IMG/VR virus record: IMGVR_UViG_3300035670_000044
Coordinates: 63,397-127,396 of that record
Source of the DNA: a virus
Strand: one strand, 5' to 3'
DNA: 64,000 bases
Position numbers and translations under genes: made by a program. Shown here in pieces: positions 19,788-29,524 of the stretch (within the stretch, counting starts at the first letter, position 1; the number at the start of each line of letters is the position of its first letter). The notes beneath the pieces were generated by a model. It worked only from the letters and a program-made list of their open reading frames with translations, was not told where the DNA came from and did not search any database.

Positions 19788-20114
19788 TCAGTTCTTGCAC
19801 GACCTGATTACGAAGTCCTTGAGTTGCGATGCGGGCATGATCCCCTCCCCGTTGAAGGCAACCAACTCGCATTCCGAATTGAAAACGGCGATCTCCGGTG
19901 TTCCGTTACCCGATTCACCGGGCACCAGGGTCTCCAAGAACTCCCAACTATCATCGAGGACATTCATTTCCCCCCAGCCCACCCGAAGCTCAGGGTACTC
20001 CTCGGACACTTCCCCAGCTACTTTCGCCCAAATGGGCTTCATAGCATCGCACGCTGGGCAGCCCGGTTGGGTAAATAAAACTACCCGGTACTTAAACTCA
20101 CCCGTTTCAGACAT
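19788..20114 (-). CDS. Thioredoxin
   Basis: FTQPGCPACDAMKP active site and cis-Pro GTP. Confidence 0.85.
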   Translation of the reverse strand: MSETGEFKYRVVLFTQPGCPACDAMKPIWAKVAGEVSEEYPELRVGWGEMNVLDDSWEFLETLVPGESGNGTPEIAVFNSECELVAFNGEGIMPASQLKDFVIRSCKN

Positions 20115-20145
20115 ACTACCTCCCCGTAGTTACGAGTACATACGT

Positions 20146-20156
20146 ACTATAGCACA
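20146..20156 (-). promoter_or_regulatory. Extended -10 promoter for the thioredoxin-sigma-DCL operon
   Basis: TGTGCTATAGT on minus, followed by a GGAGGT Shine-Dalgarno. Confidence 0.65.
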
Positions 20157-20162
20157 ATTTAC

Positions 20163-21743
20163 TCACAAGTAGTTAGTCCGTATTGATCCCCGTCCCAGTC
20201 TCCCAGTGGCCCTCTGTTGTCCTCCCTGGTAATTAGCCACAGGCAAGCGAATACGACTACCGCCGTGGGCAGCTTTAGATGAATTCATGATTTCATCCCG
20301 GTAAATTTTAAGGCCAGCACAGAATGAGTCGGTAAAATCGTCGTGCTTAGTGTAGGGGAAAGCTGTTAGCTCAGACATGAACTGGGGCAGGTTGGGGATA
20401 TCTGAGTAGATAGATACGCGACCATCTTCAGCAACAGGGGCAACCTCGTTGGCCCGAAGAACTTTATCTTTGCTAGGGATAATCTCCCTAACGGGGATCT
20501 GAAGCTCGGTTCTTAGCATCTGGATCAATGGCAACCCGGAAGCTCGAGCCTCAATATACAGAGTCCGTACCCTCCACATCTTCAACCACACAGGCATGGC
20601 TTTAAGTAACTCTGGGAACTCCATTTTCTCGGAATATACATGAAGCAAATGAAGTTTTCGGGTCTTCCTGACTACCCCGAACACGCAAATTACAGACGAG
20701 TCGTTCTCCTGACCCTTCTTCAGGGCAGTATCGGCAGTGGCGTAAACATACTCATAGTTTTCTCGATTTTTGTCATGATACTCAAACCAAAAATCCTTAA
20801 ATATCGCCCCACTCTCACCCCTCGGATTACCCTGATACAACACCTCGAACGTCTTTTCATCTTGCTTCTTAATGGACTCGAGAGCGGAGACCGGGAAAAA
20901 CTCCGGCCAGTGAGATTCCCCAAGCTTCCTGCCCAGGGGGTCGGTCTCCTCATCAATACACAGGGCGGGGACGTTAAGTTGTTTCCATCCTTCCGGATCG
21001 CTGGCAATCAGCCTCCCAGACACATCCTCCTTATGGAACCTAGTTCCAATACTAGCCACGCAGTTATTGGGTAGACCTCTGGTTAAGAACTGAGTCGCGC
21101 ACCATGAGAATGTTGACTCCAGGACTTGAGAACTATTACCATCTTCCAGAAGGTCGTCGAGGATGCCAATACCTGGCAGGTCGTCTTCGCTGATTACTCC
21201 ATATCCAAACCCGGTAACACCGCCACCAGCCGATGCAGACATGATCAGGCCACCCTGCTCAGACCGCACCGTCTTCAGATTGGAGTTTTTCTCCAGGACC
21301 AGACATTCCGGAAATATCCAGTGAAATGCTTCGCTAGTGGTATACGCCAATATCGCCCTAGAGTTCTCCTGTGACAGCTTTAGAGCGTATGATGCCATAA
21401 TCATCTGAGCAGTAGGAGATCTCCCCATCTGCCAGCTAGGCATCAGCTTGCTGAGTAGCATAGATTTGCCCGTCCTGGGTGGTAGTGAGATCACCGTTCT
21501 TCGGTAATCCGGATCCCCATCACATATCTTTTGGACGTAATGACAAATCAGCTCATGCACTTTGTAGGGTACAAATGTTCCGCTGCTAGAAACTTCCCTG
21601 GTGATAAATTTAGCGAACGTTGTGAATTCTGTGCGGCATCTTAACCGTAACAGCTCTTTTCTATCTTCAGTGCTGAGGTCATTGACCCTGGCGGTCATTT
21701 CGCGAACTCGGATCTTCTCCTCCGACAGTTGGATCTTATTCAC
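20163..21743 (-). CDS. terL: Terminase large subunit
   Basis: SLPPRTGKS Walker A, ILDDL Walker B, GTRFHKED, LYQGNP, ADTA, HDDFTDS. Start probably GTG 21743, overlapping the upstream stop. Confidence 0.93.
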   Translation of the reverse strand: MNKIQLSEEKIRVREMTARVNDLSTEDRKELLRLRCRTEFTTFAKFITREVSSSGTFVPYKVHELICHYVQKICDGDPDYRRTVISLPPRTGKSMLLSKLMPSWQMGRSPTAQMIMASYALKLSQENSRAILAYTTSEAFHWIFPECLVLEKNSNLKTVRSEQGGLIMSASAGGGVTGFGYGVISEDDLPGIGILDDLLEDGNSSQVLESTFSWCATQFLTRGLPNNCVASIGTRFHKEDVSGRLIASDPEGWKQLNVPALCIDEETDPLGRKLGESHWPEFFPVSALESIKKQDEKTFEVLYQGNPRGESGAIFKDFWFEYHDKNRENYEYVYATADTALKKGQENDSSVICVFGVVRKTRKLHLLHVYSEKMEFPELLKAMPVWLKMWRVRTLYIEARASGLPLIQMLRTELQIPVREIIPSKDKVLRANEVAPVAEDGRVSIYSDIPNLPQFMSELTAFPYTKHDDFTDSFCAGLKIYRDEIMNSSKAAHGGSRIRLPVANYQGGQQRATGRLGRGSIRTNYL

Positions 21744-24705
21744 AAGCCGTTTTCCTCTCTCGACCCGTAATGGCGTCGTATAGTGAGCTTTCACCTGGTG
21801 CGAGAGGGGTCGCAACACCGCTCACCAATCCAGTACCTTTTAGTACTTCCACCTGGCTGGGTGAAAGCACCGAGTCCAGTAGGGGTTGGGGCTGTGGAGA
21901 TGTCTCGCCCAGTTTCGACTCAACACTGATCGCCAAAATCCTGTCCCGGTCAAACAAAGTGCGTTCGGAGGGGTAGGGGGACGGGATAGACGGACCATAG
22001 GTGCCTAGGACCGAGTTGTAGTTGATACCTGGTGTCAGGCCGCGCCACTCTCTATCCGCTGGGACAATCCCCCCCCGCAATATTTTCAGGGCCTCGGCGC
22101 GGCTCTTCCGGCCCAAGGCATCCAGACCGGGTATATTGGCGAACGAATCTGCCAGGTTCCGCGTCACCCTGACTCCTGCGCTCCCTCCATCTTTCACCTG
22201 ATCCAATTTTTTCACAAACTTATACAGGTCCCGGATAGCCTGAGCGTTTTCCCGGACATCACCAAACAGGTTGGGGAGAATTCCACCACCACCCCTCTTA
22301 TACACAATGTTGGTGAGCAAGTTGTACATCGAGTCGATAAGCTTCCGTTCCACCGACTCCACACCAGTGATATTGTTGTCGGCGGTTTTAAACGACTTCT
22401 CAACTGCTTCGAAAGTGTATGCGAGCTCGGCTAAATGCTCGGGGAGATCAGCAAACCTGGCCGCGTTAAACTTTTCGGCCATGTCCTTCACCCGACTTAC
22501 CTGCTCAACCATCTTGGTTAGATCAGCTCGATTGGACGGGATAAGCTCTGATCCGACAGCCGTATCTGTCAGACCTTGCTCTGCTGCTACCGGGCCTGTA
22601 TTGTTCGGAATTGGGACTCCGGACGGATTGTAGGAGTTAGAGTTGTTAGCCGTAAGTGCTCCGCACTTCTCAAGCAAATTATTCCCGTCGCTATCCTCTC
22701 CGTGCGAGACTTTACGACATTTGGGTCCGCATGGGCAGTCAGAAACCGAAGAAGATCCTGATCCGAATACTCCCCTCAGTCCATCAACCCCACCAATAAT
22801 AGTAGCGGCGGCATTGAACCCACCACCGACAAGTTGGTTTAGTTGGTCGATCCCGATACCGCCATTCCCTAGCAGTTTTGTCATTGATTCGGACTGACCA
22901 ATGAGACCTAAGGCGGTAGTGGCCAGAACCGGCAACGACCCCAACCCGGTCGGTAACTTCGACACGGCATCCAGGTTGGATAACGACCCGAACAGTTTCG
23001 GAATTTCACCAAATGCTCCCGATGTCAACCCCGATGCCACATTACCCAACAGTGCCGGACTCACTACATTGGCCCCGATGGCAGTATTGATAATCCCGGT
23101 GACTGCACCGAGCAGTCCGCCACCAGTGGAGGAGTTAAGGATGGTCCCCAGGGCGGTGGGGTACGCCGACTCCAACAGACCCTGCGCAATGTCGATAACC
23201 GGACCGACGTACTTGCTGACCTCGGGGGGTAGTTCATCCAACCCGACAGCCACCGCACTGTCGATAGCTCCGGCTATTCCACCACTCATCAGACCGGTCA
23301 TAACAGATGCGGATCTAGGCTCGAGAGTTAACAACGCACTCTGGAGGGTGTCTTGGCCGATCTGGAGCAATGCGGCTCCGGTATCCCCCGTTACAACCCC
23401 GTTCACCAATACATCCGCTGCAGCACCCACCCCCGCCAAGATGGTCCCGGTCTCTGGTGTCAGTGAACCGTTATCATCAAGCTCCTCCCGGATCGTCTGG
23501 AACAGGGTTTCGATGGGAATACCGATCCGGCTAGACAACACCTCTCGGGCCGCTTGCTGCAGAGTATCGCCCCCGTCGAATGCGGTTGCCGGCACCAGTG
23601 ATGCGGATTGCAGTAAGGCCCGCAGGGCCGGATCCGTGCCAGTGAGGGGAATGTTCCGAACCGTGGCGTCGAAAGCCACTCTGGCAACATCTCCAGAGAC
23701 CCAATCGTAGTTTGTAGACGCTAGCGTCTTTTCCTCCAACGCCTTAATCGGCTTATAGCTGGTCGTGAACTCAACACGGCTTAGCGGCTTGTCCTGGGTG
23801 TGAAATTTGTGGGGAACACGTTGACCCTGCTTCACCCACTTCATCGAACCCTGGTACCGTTGACAGATCAACATCTCGGAGTTGTTTCCATCATCGAGTA
23901 GAGCCTCCATCCCATGAAGCTTCTCGGTGCAGTTCGGCATTGTGGTCCGGAAATACGTCGGTATCGCACTGCTTGGACGCCAACCCCACGATTTGTTCTC
24001 ATCCCGTTGGCATATCATCTTGATGGTGCGGAAACTCCGGTCTTCGGAGAACTCGTGTTCCTCGCCAGCTAGCGCCTCACTGCACTCAGGGATGCCCGGG
24101 TTCCGCTTCTGTCCCTGTTCGATCGCCAGTGTGGTTTCGTTGCCGGGATTGACCCCCTTCTCAACCCACAACCCGTGGGTGAAGGATTTCCAGGCCCAGG
24201 CCGGCTTCGACCCCCCCTGCTTGCTAGTGCGGCGTAGACACACCACGACATCCTGATTCATCTCATTGCTGAGGACGTAAACTCGCCCCTGATTACCCTC
24301 GTTACAAGACATTCCCTGGTCGGTGGAACCATTCCACACCGCCATACTCTCATCGATTACGGGGAGTTGTAGTGGGTTGCCGTTAATCCCCACATCCGGA
24401 TCGCTACGTATTACACCGATTACATACATGTCGTCCGAGCGACCACTCCGTTTACCGATCAGAACCTGCGCCCCGATATACCTAGCGCTCAACGTCCCAC
24501 TATTTGACCCGGAGACAGGTATCCAAGACGATGTGATCTGGTCATCGGTCCTCACCTTAACCCTGCCCAACTTTAGTGGGTCGTTAACATCCGAAATTAC
24601 CCCCTCCTCGTTGAAGGGATCGGAATACGGGACGCCAAGGGTTTCAATAATCCTAGTCTGGGTTTGCGCTATAGACGCTATAGGAATAAAAGGATTCTTG
24701 TTCAA
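21736..24705 (-). CDS. Baseplate spike protein (gp5/gpV-type OB-fold N-terminus) with long extension
   Basis: GVISDVNDPLKLGRVKVR..WIPV..VIG; then Cys repeats and a Gly/Leu/Ala-rich region. Confidence 0.75.
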   Translation of the reverse strand: MNKNPFIPIASIAQTQTRIIETLGVPYSDPFNEEGVISDVNDPLKLGRVKVRTDDQITSSWIPVSGSNSGTLSARYIGAQVLIGKRSGRSDDMYVIGVIRSDPDVGINGNPLQLPVIDESMAVWNGSTDQGMSCNEGNQGRVYVLSNEMNQDVVVCLRRTSKQGGSKPAWAWKSFTHGLWVEKGVNPGNETTLAIEQGQKRNPGIPECSEALAGEEHEFSEDRSFRTIKMICQRDENKSWGWRPSSAIPTYFRTTMPNCTEKLHGMEALLDDGNNSEMLICQRYQGSMKWVKQGQRVPHKFHTQDKPLSRVEFTTSYKPIKALEEKTLASTNYDWVSGDVARVAFDATVRNIPLTGTDPALRALLQSASLVPATAFDGGDTLQQAAREVLSSRIGIPIETLFQTIREELDDNGSLTPETGTILAGVGAAADVLVNGVVTGDTGAALLQIGQDTLQSALLTLEPRSASVMTGLMSGGIAGAIDSAVAVGLDELPPEVSKYVGPVIDIAQGLLESAYPTALGTILNSSTGGGLLGAVTGIINTAIGANVVSPALLGNVASGLTSGAFGEIPKLFGSLSNLDAVSKLPTGLGSLPVLATTALGLIGQSESMTKLLGNGGIGIDQLNQLVGGGFNAAATIIGGVDGLRGVFGSGSSSVSDCPCGPKCRKVSHGEDSDGNNLLEKCGALTANNSNSYNPSGVPIPNNTGPVAAEQGLTDTAVGSELIPSNRADLTKMVEQVSRVKDMAEKFNAARFADLPEHLAELAYTFEAVEKSFKTADNNITGVESVERKLIDSMYNLLTNIVYKRGGGGILPNLFGDVRENAQAIRDLYKFVKKLDQVKDGGSAGVRVTRNLADSFANIPGLDALGRKSRAEALKILRGGIVPADREWRGLTPGINYNSVLGTYGPSIPSPYPSERTLFDRDRILAISVESKLGETSPQPQPLLDSVLSPSQVEVLKGTGLVSGVATPLAPGESSLYDAITGRERKTACE

Positions 24706-26606
24706 CTCACGACCTCTGGTTCAAAAAATACATCGTCGGCGACTAGTAAGTCAGCTACCGAATACGCATACTGTACTCTATTTATTGAGGTACTGGGGGC
24801 ATAATTGTCCATTACCGATACAACGGAGTCCCAGCTACGACCGTTCCGGTTATAGTAAAATGGCATACGTACTACCGTAGTATTTGCAGATAGCTCATCT
24901 TGGCAGGTACCGATACCCGCTATAAGCTGGTTGGGGTAATTAGATACCTCCGCGTCTGTGTCGGTGCCAGCCCTTAGCACATCAACAATGTAAGGAACGT
25001 TAATAGGAGCATTGAGCTCGCGATCCCGGAGTCCACTCCGAACAACAAATGTTCCCGTACTCGGGTCATACCGGAGTTCTTCCGGGGTGTGAGCCTTTAT
25101 GCCCAAAGCCCAGAGCATAAACAGCAATGTCAATGTGCTACCACGGGAAGGCAAAATACCCTGCCAACGGGATACATCAACTACCAAGTTATTAAAAGTC
25201 CCGACGGTGGTGAGATCGGTGGTTGTGTTGTACACCCGTCCGCTATACCTATACGCAGTGGTGACAACCCCTGTACCCGAATTCACTTGAACCCGCTCGA
25301 TCCGACCCATATCAATACGGCGCAGCGTATCTAGTGAGGGGGTTTGAGTCCACATTGATCCAGACACCCTGTTCACATGGGCGTTGCTTAACAACAAGCG
25401 CTTAGTGGAATTCGACCACTCAAGGTTCCACAAACCACCAACAAAGCCGAGGTGTTGGGCAAGCCAGTCAAGATTAGGAGGATAACAGGTGTCGGGATTT
25501 AGGTAGGTTCGGTAAAAATTATCCACGATGTGTTTGGTACCAGACAACATATCGTCGGCTCCAGATGTCAGCCACTTCGCCGGAGTATCAGGTTCGTCCG
25601 GATTGTTGTAGGTACCCTCGACACCGGGTAACCTCCCATACACCGGCCTCCCGATCCGGTCATCAACCGAAACCCTCGACCCCTGTATACCTGACATCAT
25701 CACCTCGACCCCTGACCCATAGAGCTCGGTTAGAGCCCCATAGGCCTCTATGGCAAACTCTCTGTTTGTTAGATTTACATTCCAGATTGAATAGATAGAG
25801 TCCGATACAAACTCGTACCAGGCCGGATCCAGGAGAGACTGTAAGGTGTCTAGTAACCGGTCACGTACCGCCGTCTCAACTCTTACTGTAGCCTGGTCAG
25901 TCCCCAGCAACGCCCGAGTAAAGTTGTCAGCCGAATCAGTTAACGAACGGACCGTGACAGAGTCAGAGTATCGGGTTTTAATTACCCTTCGGGTAAATGT
26001 CTCCTCTAAGTACGTATTAGGGGGTAGATATATGGTTGCCGGGATGCTTGCTACCCTGGGGACATTTACCGTCCCTGCTCCAGCCGGCAAGCTAAACTTC
26101 CCCCGGGTGATGCTACGTAGCGTGATCTTGTCGGTACCAAATACAAAATAGTACAGCCCCGGAACCGTGAGGGAATCATATCTCCAACGGTCCCCAGACA
26201 CACGGCTTAGGGTTCCTACGCCACATTTGCCCCTCTCACACTCTGTATCGCTACCAGTCCCTTGGCATTCCGACCCAGCCATAGCACAATTTTCTAGACC
26301 GTTGCTGGTGGGAATCCCATGCCCCACCACCACCAACTCTTCTCCGAGCAGAACCGGAGTAATATGAACATGGGCTACCGATTTGTAGGCAATATCCCCA
26401 TAAAGACCCTCTATCTGTTCGTTGCGCCCCGATGACAACTGGGAATCCAATCCGGACCTAAAGTCAACACGTCCCAAGGTATGGGAAAATATCTTACTTG
26501 ACCTACGATTTTCAAACTCGTAGATTACACGTCCGGACCCCTTGGTAAACGCCGGGGATAAAGTTTTCTTAGCCTCTTTCCGGTCCCAAGTGCTATTAGA
26601 CAACAC
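24702..26606 (-). CDS. Baseplate wedge / P2 gpI-like tail protein
   Basis: YLNPDTC..NLDWLAQHLG..W..KR.LL.NA motif; follows baseplate J. Confidence 0.75.
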   Translation of the reverse strand: MLSNSTWDRKEAKKTLSPAFTKGSGRVIYEFENRRSSKIFSHTLGRVDFRSGLDSQLSSGRNEQIEGLYGDIAYKSVAHVHITPVLLGEELVVVGHGIPTSNGLENCAMAGSECQGTGSDTECERGKCGVGTLSRVSGDRWRYDSLTVPGLYYFVFGTDKITLRSITRGKFSLPAGAGTVNVPRVASIPATIYLPPNTYLEETFTRRVIKTRYSDSVTVRSLTDSADNFTRALLGTDQATVRVETAVRDRLLDTLQSLLDPAWYEFVSDSIYSIWNVNLTNREFAIEAYGALTELYGSGVEVMMSGIQGSRVSVDDRIGRPVYGRLPGVEGTYNNPDEPDTPAKWLTSGADDMLSGTKHIVDNFYRTYLNPDTCYPPNLDWLAQHLGFVGGLWNLEWSNSTKRLLLSNAHVNRVSGSMWTQTPSLDTLRRIDMGRIERVQVNSGTGVVTTAYRYSGRVYNTTTDLTTVGTFNNLVVDVSRWQGILPSRGSTLTLLFMLWALGIKAHTPEELRYDPSTGTFVVRSGLRDRELNAPINVPYIVDVLRAGTDTDAEVSNYPNQLIAGIGTCQDELSANTTVVRMPFYYNRNGRSWDSVVSVMDNYAPSTSINRVQYAYSVADLLVADDVFFEPEVVS

Positions 26607-27888
26607 GGTACAGTTCCTCGTAAGTATAGGTCAATGTGCTAAAATCCACTACAGATACAAGTGAAACTACGGCCCGGTAAATCCTAAATCCGGACGTAGA
26701 GTCTGGAACCGTTAATGGAGTAGACGAGAGTTTATCGATAACCTGCTCATACTCATACGAGCACGTGCCAGCTACCTCGTCTTCAACACCCAAGAACCTT
26801 CCGCAATATCCGTCAGTAGACCCGGTGATAGTGGGATCTAGAGACATCTGTTTAATGTCCAGAACGGGAATATCAACCACAAAGTCCAGAGCAAGAAGTT
26901 CTCTTAAAACAGTAGCCCCGGAAAGATTATTCCCCAACCCAATCGTCGAAGGATAAATTATATCTGACAAGAGGGTTTTTACCTGATTAGCCAGTGTATC
27001 CGTAAACGTAGTTGTGACTCTGGGGTCCCACTGGATAGTTGCAACCACTTCAACCGGGAGAACGGTAGGGGATGACAAATACACCTTAACGTCGAGGGGT
27101 ACTCGATCCCTCAAAGACGTCAGCAGAAGAGACTGAGTCGGCACGCTAAGCTTACTGCCGTCATCACCACCTGCCACAACATACACCCCTCTAGACTCAG
27201 TACCGAATCTGTCCTCGTACGACATGACTTTTACCAGTGTCGCCTCTGGTGCAATAGCGGAAACTTCGCCCTCAAAATCAGAACGCGATGTTAAATTTCT
27301 TCTACCGAACAGCTCAAATGCCCTGAGCTTCATCTCATCCACGGTCTCAAGGTCGGTCCCCCCAGCAGCCGGGGAGTTATTCGTCACCAGATCTAGCCCG
27401 AGGAAATTGCGCTCGATCCGTCCTATACTCCCAGCCGGAACATTGTATACGGTTCCCCATCTCTCCGACTGAGCTGTGACAGTGGCACTGGACTCTGTCA
27501 TCCTTACCTGATCCAGGAGTACGAACACTTGTCCGGAGTTGGCATACACCTTTGTCCCAGAGGGGATTGTTATGGGGCGGGTGTACCCGGGTACCCTGAA
27601 AAAAGTCACATCGACGAGGGCTCGGGAACCAATCCGACGTTGAACCCCCAAACTACGCAACCACTGGATCGTTACCGCCTCTGGCAGGGAGTTCAGGTAG
27701 TAAAGTAGCTCGGCTTGGGCAAATCCCTGACCCTCGCTAATAGCAGCAAGGGGGGATGCAGGTGTAAAATCAGTCAACTGACCACCAGACTCAATGTGGA
27801 TCCGGGATTGAATAGCCCGAACGACCTCATTGACGTTTCTGCTGTCAAGCTGTAGAGGGAGTAAAGGTCCGAATATCTCAGTTGCCAT
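26596..27888 (-). CDS. Baseplate J-like protein
   Basis: TDFTPASP, TIPSGTKV, GTVYNVPAGSI, VTNNSPAAGGTDLETVDE motifs. Confidence 0.92.
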   Translation of the reverse strand: MATEIFGPLLPLQLDSRNVNEVVRAIQSRIHIESGGQLTDFTPASPLAAISEGQGFAQAELLYYLNSLPEAVTIQWLRSLGVQRRIGSRALVDVTFFRVPGYTRPITIPSGTKVYANSGQVFVLLDQVRMTESSATVTAQSERWGTVYNVPAGSIGRIERNFLGLDLVTNNSPAAGGTDLETVDEMKLRAFELFGRRNLTSRSDFEGEVSAIAPEATLVKVMSYEDRFGTESRGVYVVAGGDDGSKLSVPTQSLLLTSLRDRVPLDVKVYLSSPTVLPVEVVATIQWDPRVTTTFTDTLANQVKTLLSDIIYPSTIGLGNNLSGATVLRELLALDFVVDIPVLDIKQMSLDPTITGSTDGYCGRFLGVEDEVAGTCSYEYEQVIDKLSSTPLTVPDSTSGFRIYRAVVSLVSVVDFSTLTYTYEELYRVV

Positions 27889-27900
27889 GGTAATTAGTTA

Positions 27901-28920
27901 TCAGTCGAAGGTTGAGGTGCGGGGACGTTGCGAATATGGCAGACCGGTATCGGAGTTTTCGGAGGAATAATCCGGCGCCAGAGCGATGTCGATAAAGTCA
28001 CCGTTGGAGTCAGTGGCTGGGTCGTAAACGGTATAACCATTCATCCCGACAACTATTTCGGACAAGTCGACACTGTACATAATCTGGTCGGCCGGACTCA
28101 TAGAGCCAATGCCGCTCAGATCTTTCAAAGTGCCGATTGTCCCCAGACCAGCGATAGCCCTATTCGTCCCCCGGATGTCTGAAATGTCCGCTAGAGACAT
28201 TAGCGTGGCAAGTCCTGGGCGGAGCAAGTCATCTAAGGGCTGAAGGGTCGCATATCCCTGATACCCCTCGGTTAACGACTTGACAATGTTATCCGGGAGA
28301 TTAGTTCCGTCTACTCCCATTCCAGGATATGCAATCCCGTTAAAATAATCTCTAGGAGTCAGGTACCCAGTGGGGAACCCAATACCGCTCGAGTCGCTAT
28401 CCAAACTGGTACTATCGTCCAGTTGGATTCTAGTTCCGGCTGGTAGCTTATCCAACTTGTTGTGTGTGACGTTGGAAGCTAATCGGCTATACAGATCCAG
28501 ATCTGCTACCGATTTAACAAGGTCGTCTTTTACCCTCTGGATATTCAAAATAACCCCCAATCCCCCAGTAACGTACTCTAGCGCATCAGTTAGAGAGGAT
28601 TCGTACGTTGAGAATTCGTTGTAAGCCTGCAAAACATCGTGGTAGAGTTTTTCAGACCAAAAAGACAAAGTCTGACCTTGACTGTCGATAAATCTAGTAA
28701 AATCTTGCCCCCTGTCGTATTCAGACGTTAACGCGTTGGTAAAACTAGACAAATCAAGACGACCCCCAATTACATCACCTGGGGGTGTCGGTCCGAGAAA
28801 ACCCGTAACCGATTTGCGCCGCACCTGGTTGGCCACCTCCGGATAGCGATCTGGAGAGCCGTAAGCTACCGCTGCCAGCCCGGATATTGTCGACCAGGGG
28901 TCGGTCAGATACGTTGCCAC
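27901..28920 (-). CDS. Baseplate protein with LysM/gpX-like N-terminus
   Basis: STISGLAAVAYGSPDRYPEVAN and LPAGTRIQL; first gene of the baseplate operon. Confidence 0.55.
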   Translation of the reverse strand: MATYLTDPWSTISGLAAVAYGSPDRYPEVANQVRRKSVTGFLGPTPPGDVIGGRLDLSSFTNALTSEYDRGQDFTRFIDSQGQTLSFWSEKLYHDVLQAYNEFSTYESSLTDALEYVTGGLGVILNIQRVKDDLVKSVADLDLYSRLASNVTHNKLDKLPAGTRIQLDDSTSLDSDSSGIGFPTGYLTPRDYFNGIAYPGMGVDGTNLPDNIVKSLTEGYQGYATLQPLDDLLRPGLATLMSLADISDIRGTNRAIAGLGTIGTLKDLSGIGSMSPADQIMYSVDLSEIVVGMNGYTVYDPATDSNGDFIDIALAPDYSSENSDTGLPYSQRPRTSTFD

Positions 28921-28936
28921 GGCAGATGTTCAGTCT

Positions 28937-28971
28937 TCTAAAGGGCTTTCAACGGTTGAAAGCAGGGTAGA
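28937..28971. promoter_or_regulatory. Palindromic divergent late promoters
   Basis: TCTA-AAGG-GCTTTCAAC-G-GTTGAAAGC-AGGG-TAGA; both strands match GTTGAAAGC-N4-TAGA. Confidence 0.8.
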
Positions 28972-28984
28972 AGCTATTAATTCT

Positions 28985-29461
28985 GTGGAAGCAACTGTAC
29001 AAACACTTACAACCTCACTGCCCGGCGAAGAGCCGTTTATCGGAGATGGGGCCGAAGGGGAGCTGATTACCAACACGGCCGATGGCAGGTTGTGGGCGGC
29101 GGATGTTGCCGGAAACCCCATTGAGCTGGGGGGTGCATGCGTCAATCGACCGATTAACGGAAATCTGTTCGCCGGAAACTACCTTGACCTCGACGTCACC
29201 AATCCGGATAATTTGCCGGTTCCGGTGCCCAACCCCAACAATGTTCCGTCAGGATTTTACCGTGAACTACGTATCCTGTTGAGGTTTGTTGGTACTCCAT
29301 TGGAGACCTTCGCTACTTACTTTGATTACGATGTTGATTGGGGGGAAGGAGTAAATCCAGACACCTACGCCGAGACCGGTTCCCTCGTACTAATCGAGCT
29401 GTGCTCATTCGGGCCAAGTCCAGCGTGGCTGGGACGTGTCGTTTGGCACCGTCTCCCCTAG
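28985..29461 (+). CDS. Small virion fibre-associated protein
   Basis: EGELITNTADGRLW motif; late motif upstream. Confidence 0.55.
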   Translation: MEATVQTLTTSLPGEEPFIGDGAEGELITNTADGRLWAADVAGNPIELGGACVNRPINGNLFAGNYLDLDVTNPDNLPVPVPNPNNVPSGFYRELRILLRFVGTPLETFATYFDYDVDWGEGVNPDTYAETGSLVLIELCSFGPSPAWLGRVVWHRLP

Positions 29462-29481
29462 CCTACACCCACTCGTTAGTT

Positions 29482-29498
29482 GTTGAAAGCCCTATAGA
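29482..29498 (+). promoter_or_regulatory. Putative late promoter
   Basis: GTTGAAAGCCCTATAGA. Confidence 0.75.
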
Positions 29499-29524
29499 AG
29501 AGCCAGCCAATCCCGTCATTACCT

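Noticed and set aside
19851-19859. GTTGAAGGC antisense in thioredoxin (similar at nrdA start ~39810 and GTTGAAAGA ~61545)
   Set aside because: One-mismatch copies inside coding DNA, without a correctly spaced TAGA or a plausible downstream gene; expected by chance.
22901-23710. Long antisense ORFs (also 35181-35990, 43373-44038, 60939-61544, 31520-32146)
   Set aside because: Shadow frames of well-supported genes, with no motifs of their own.
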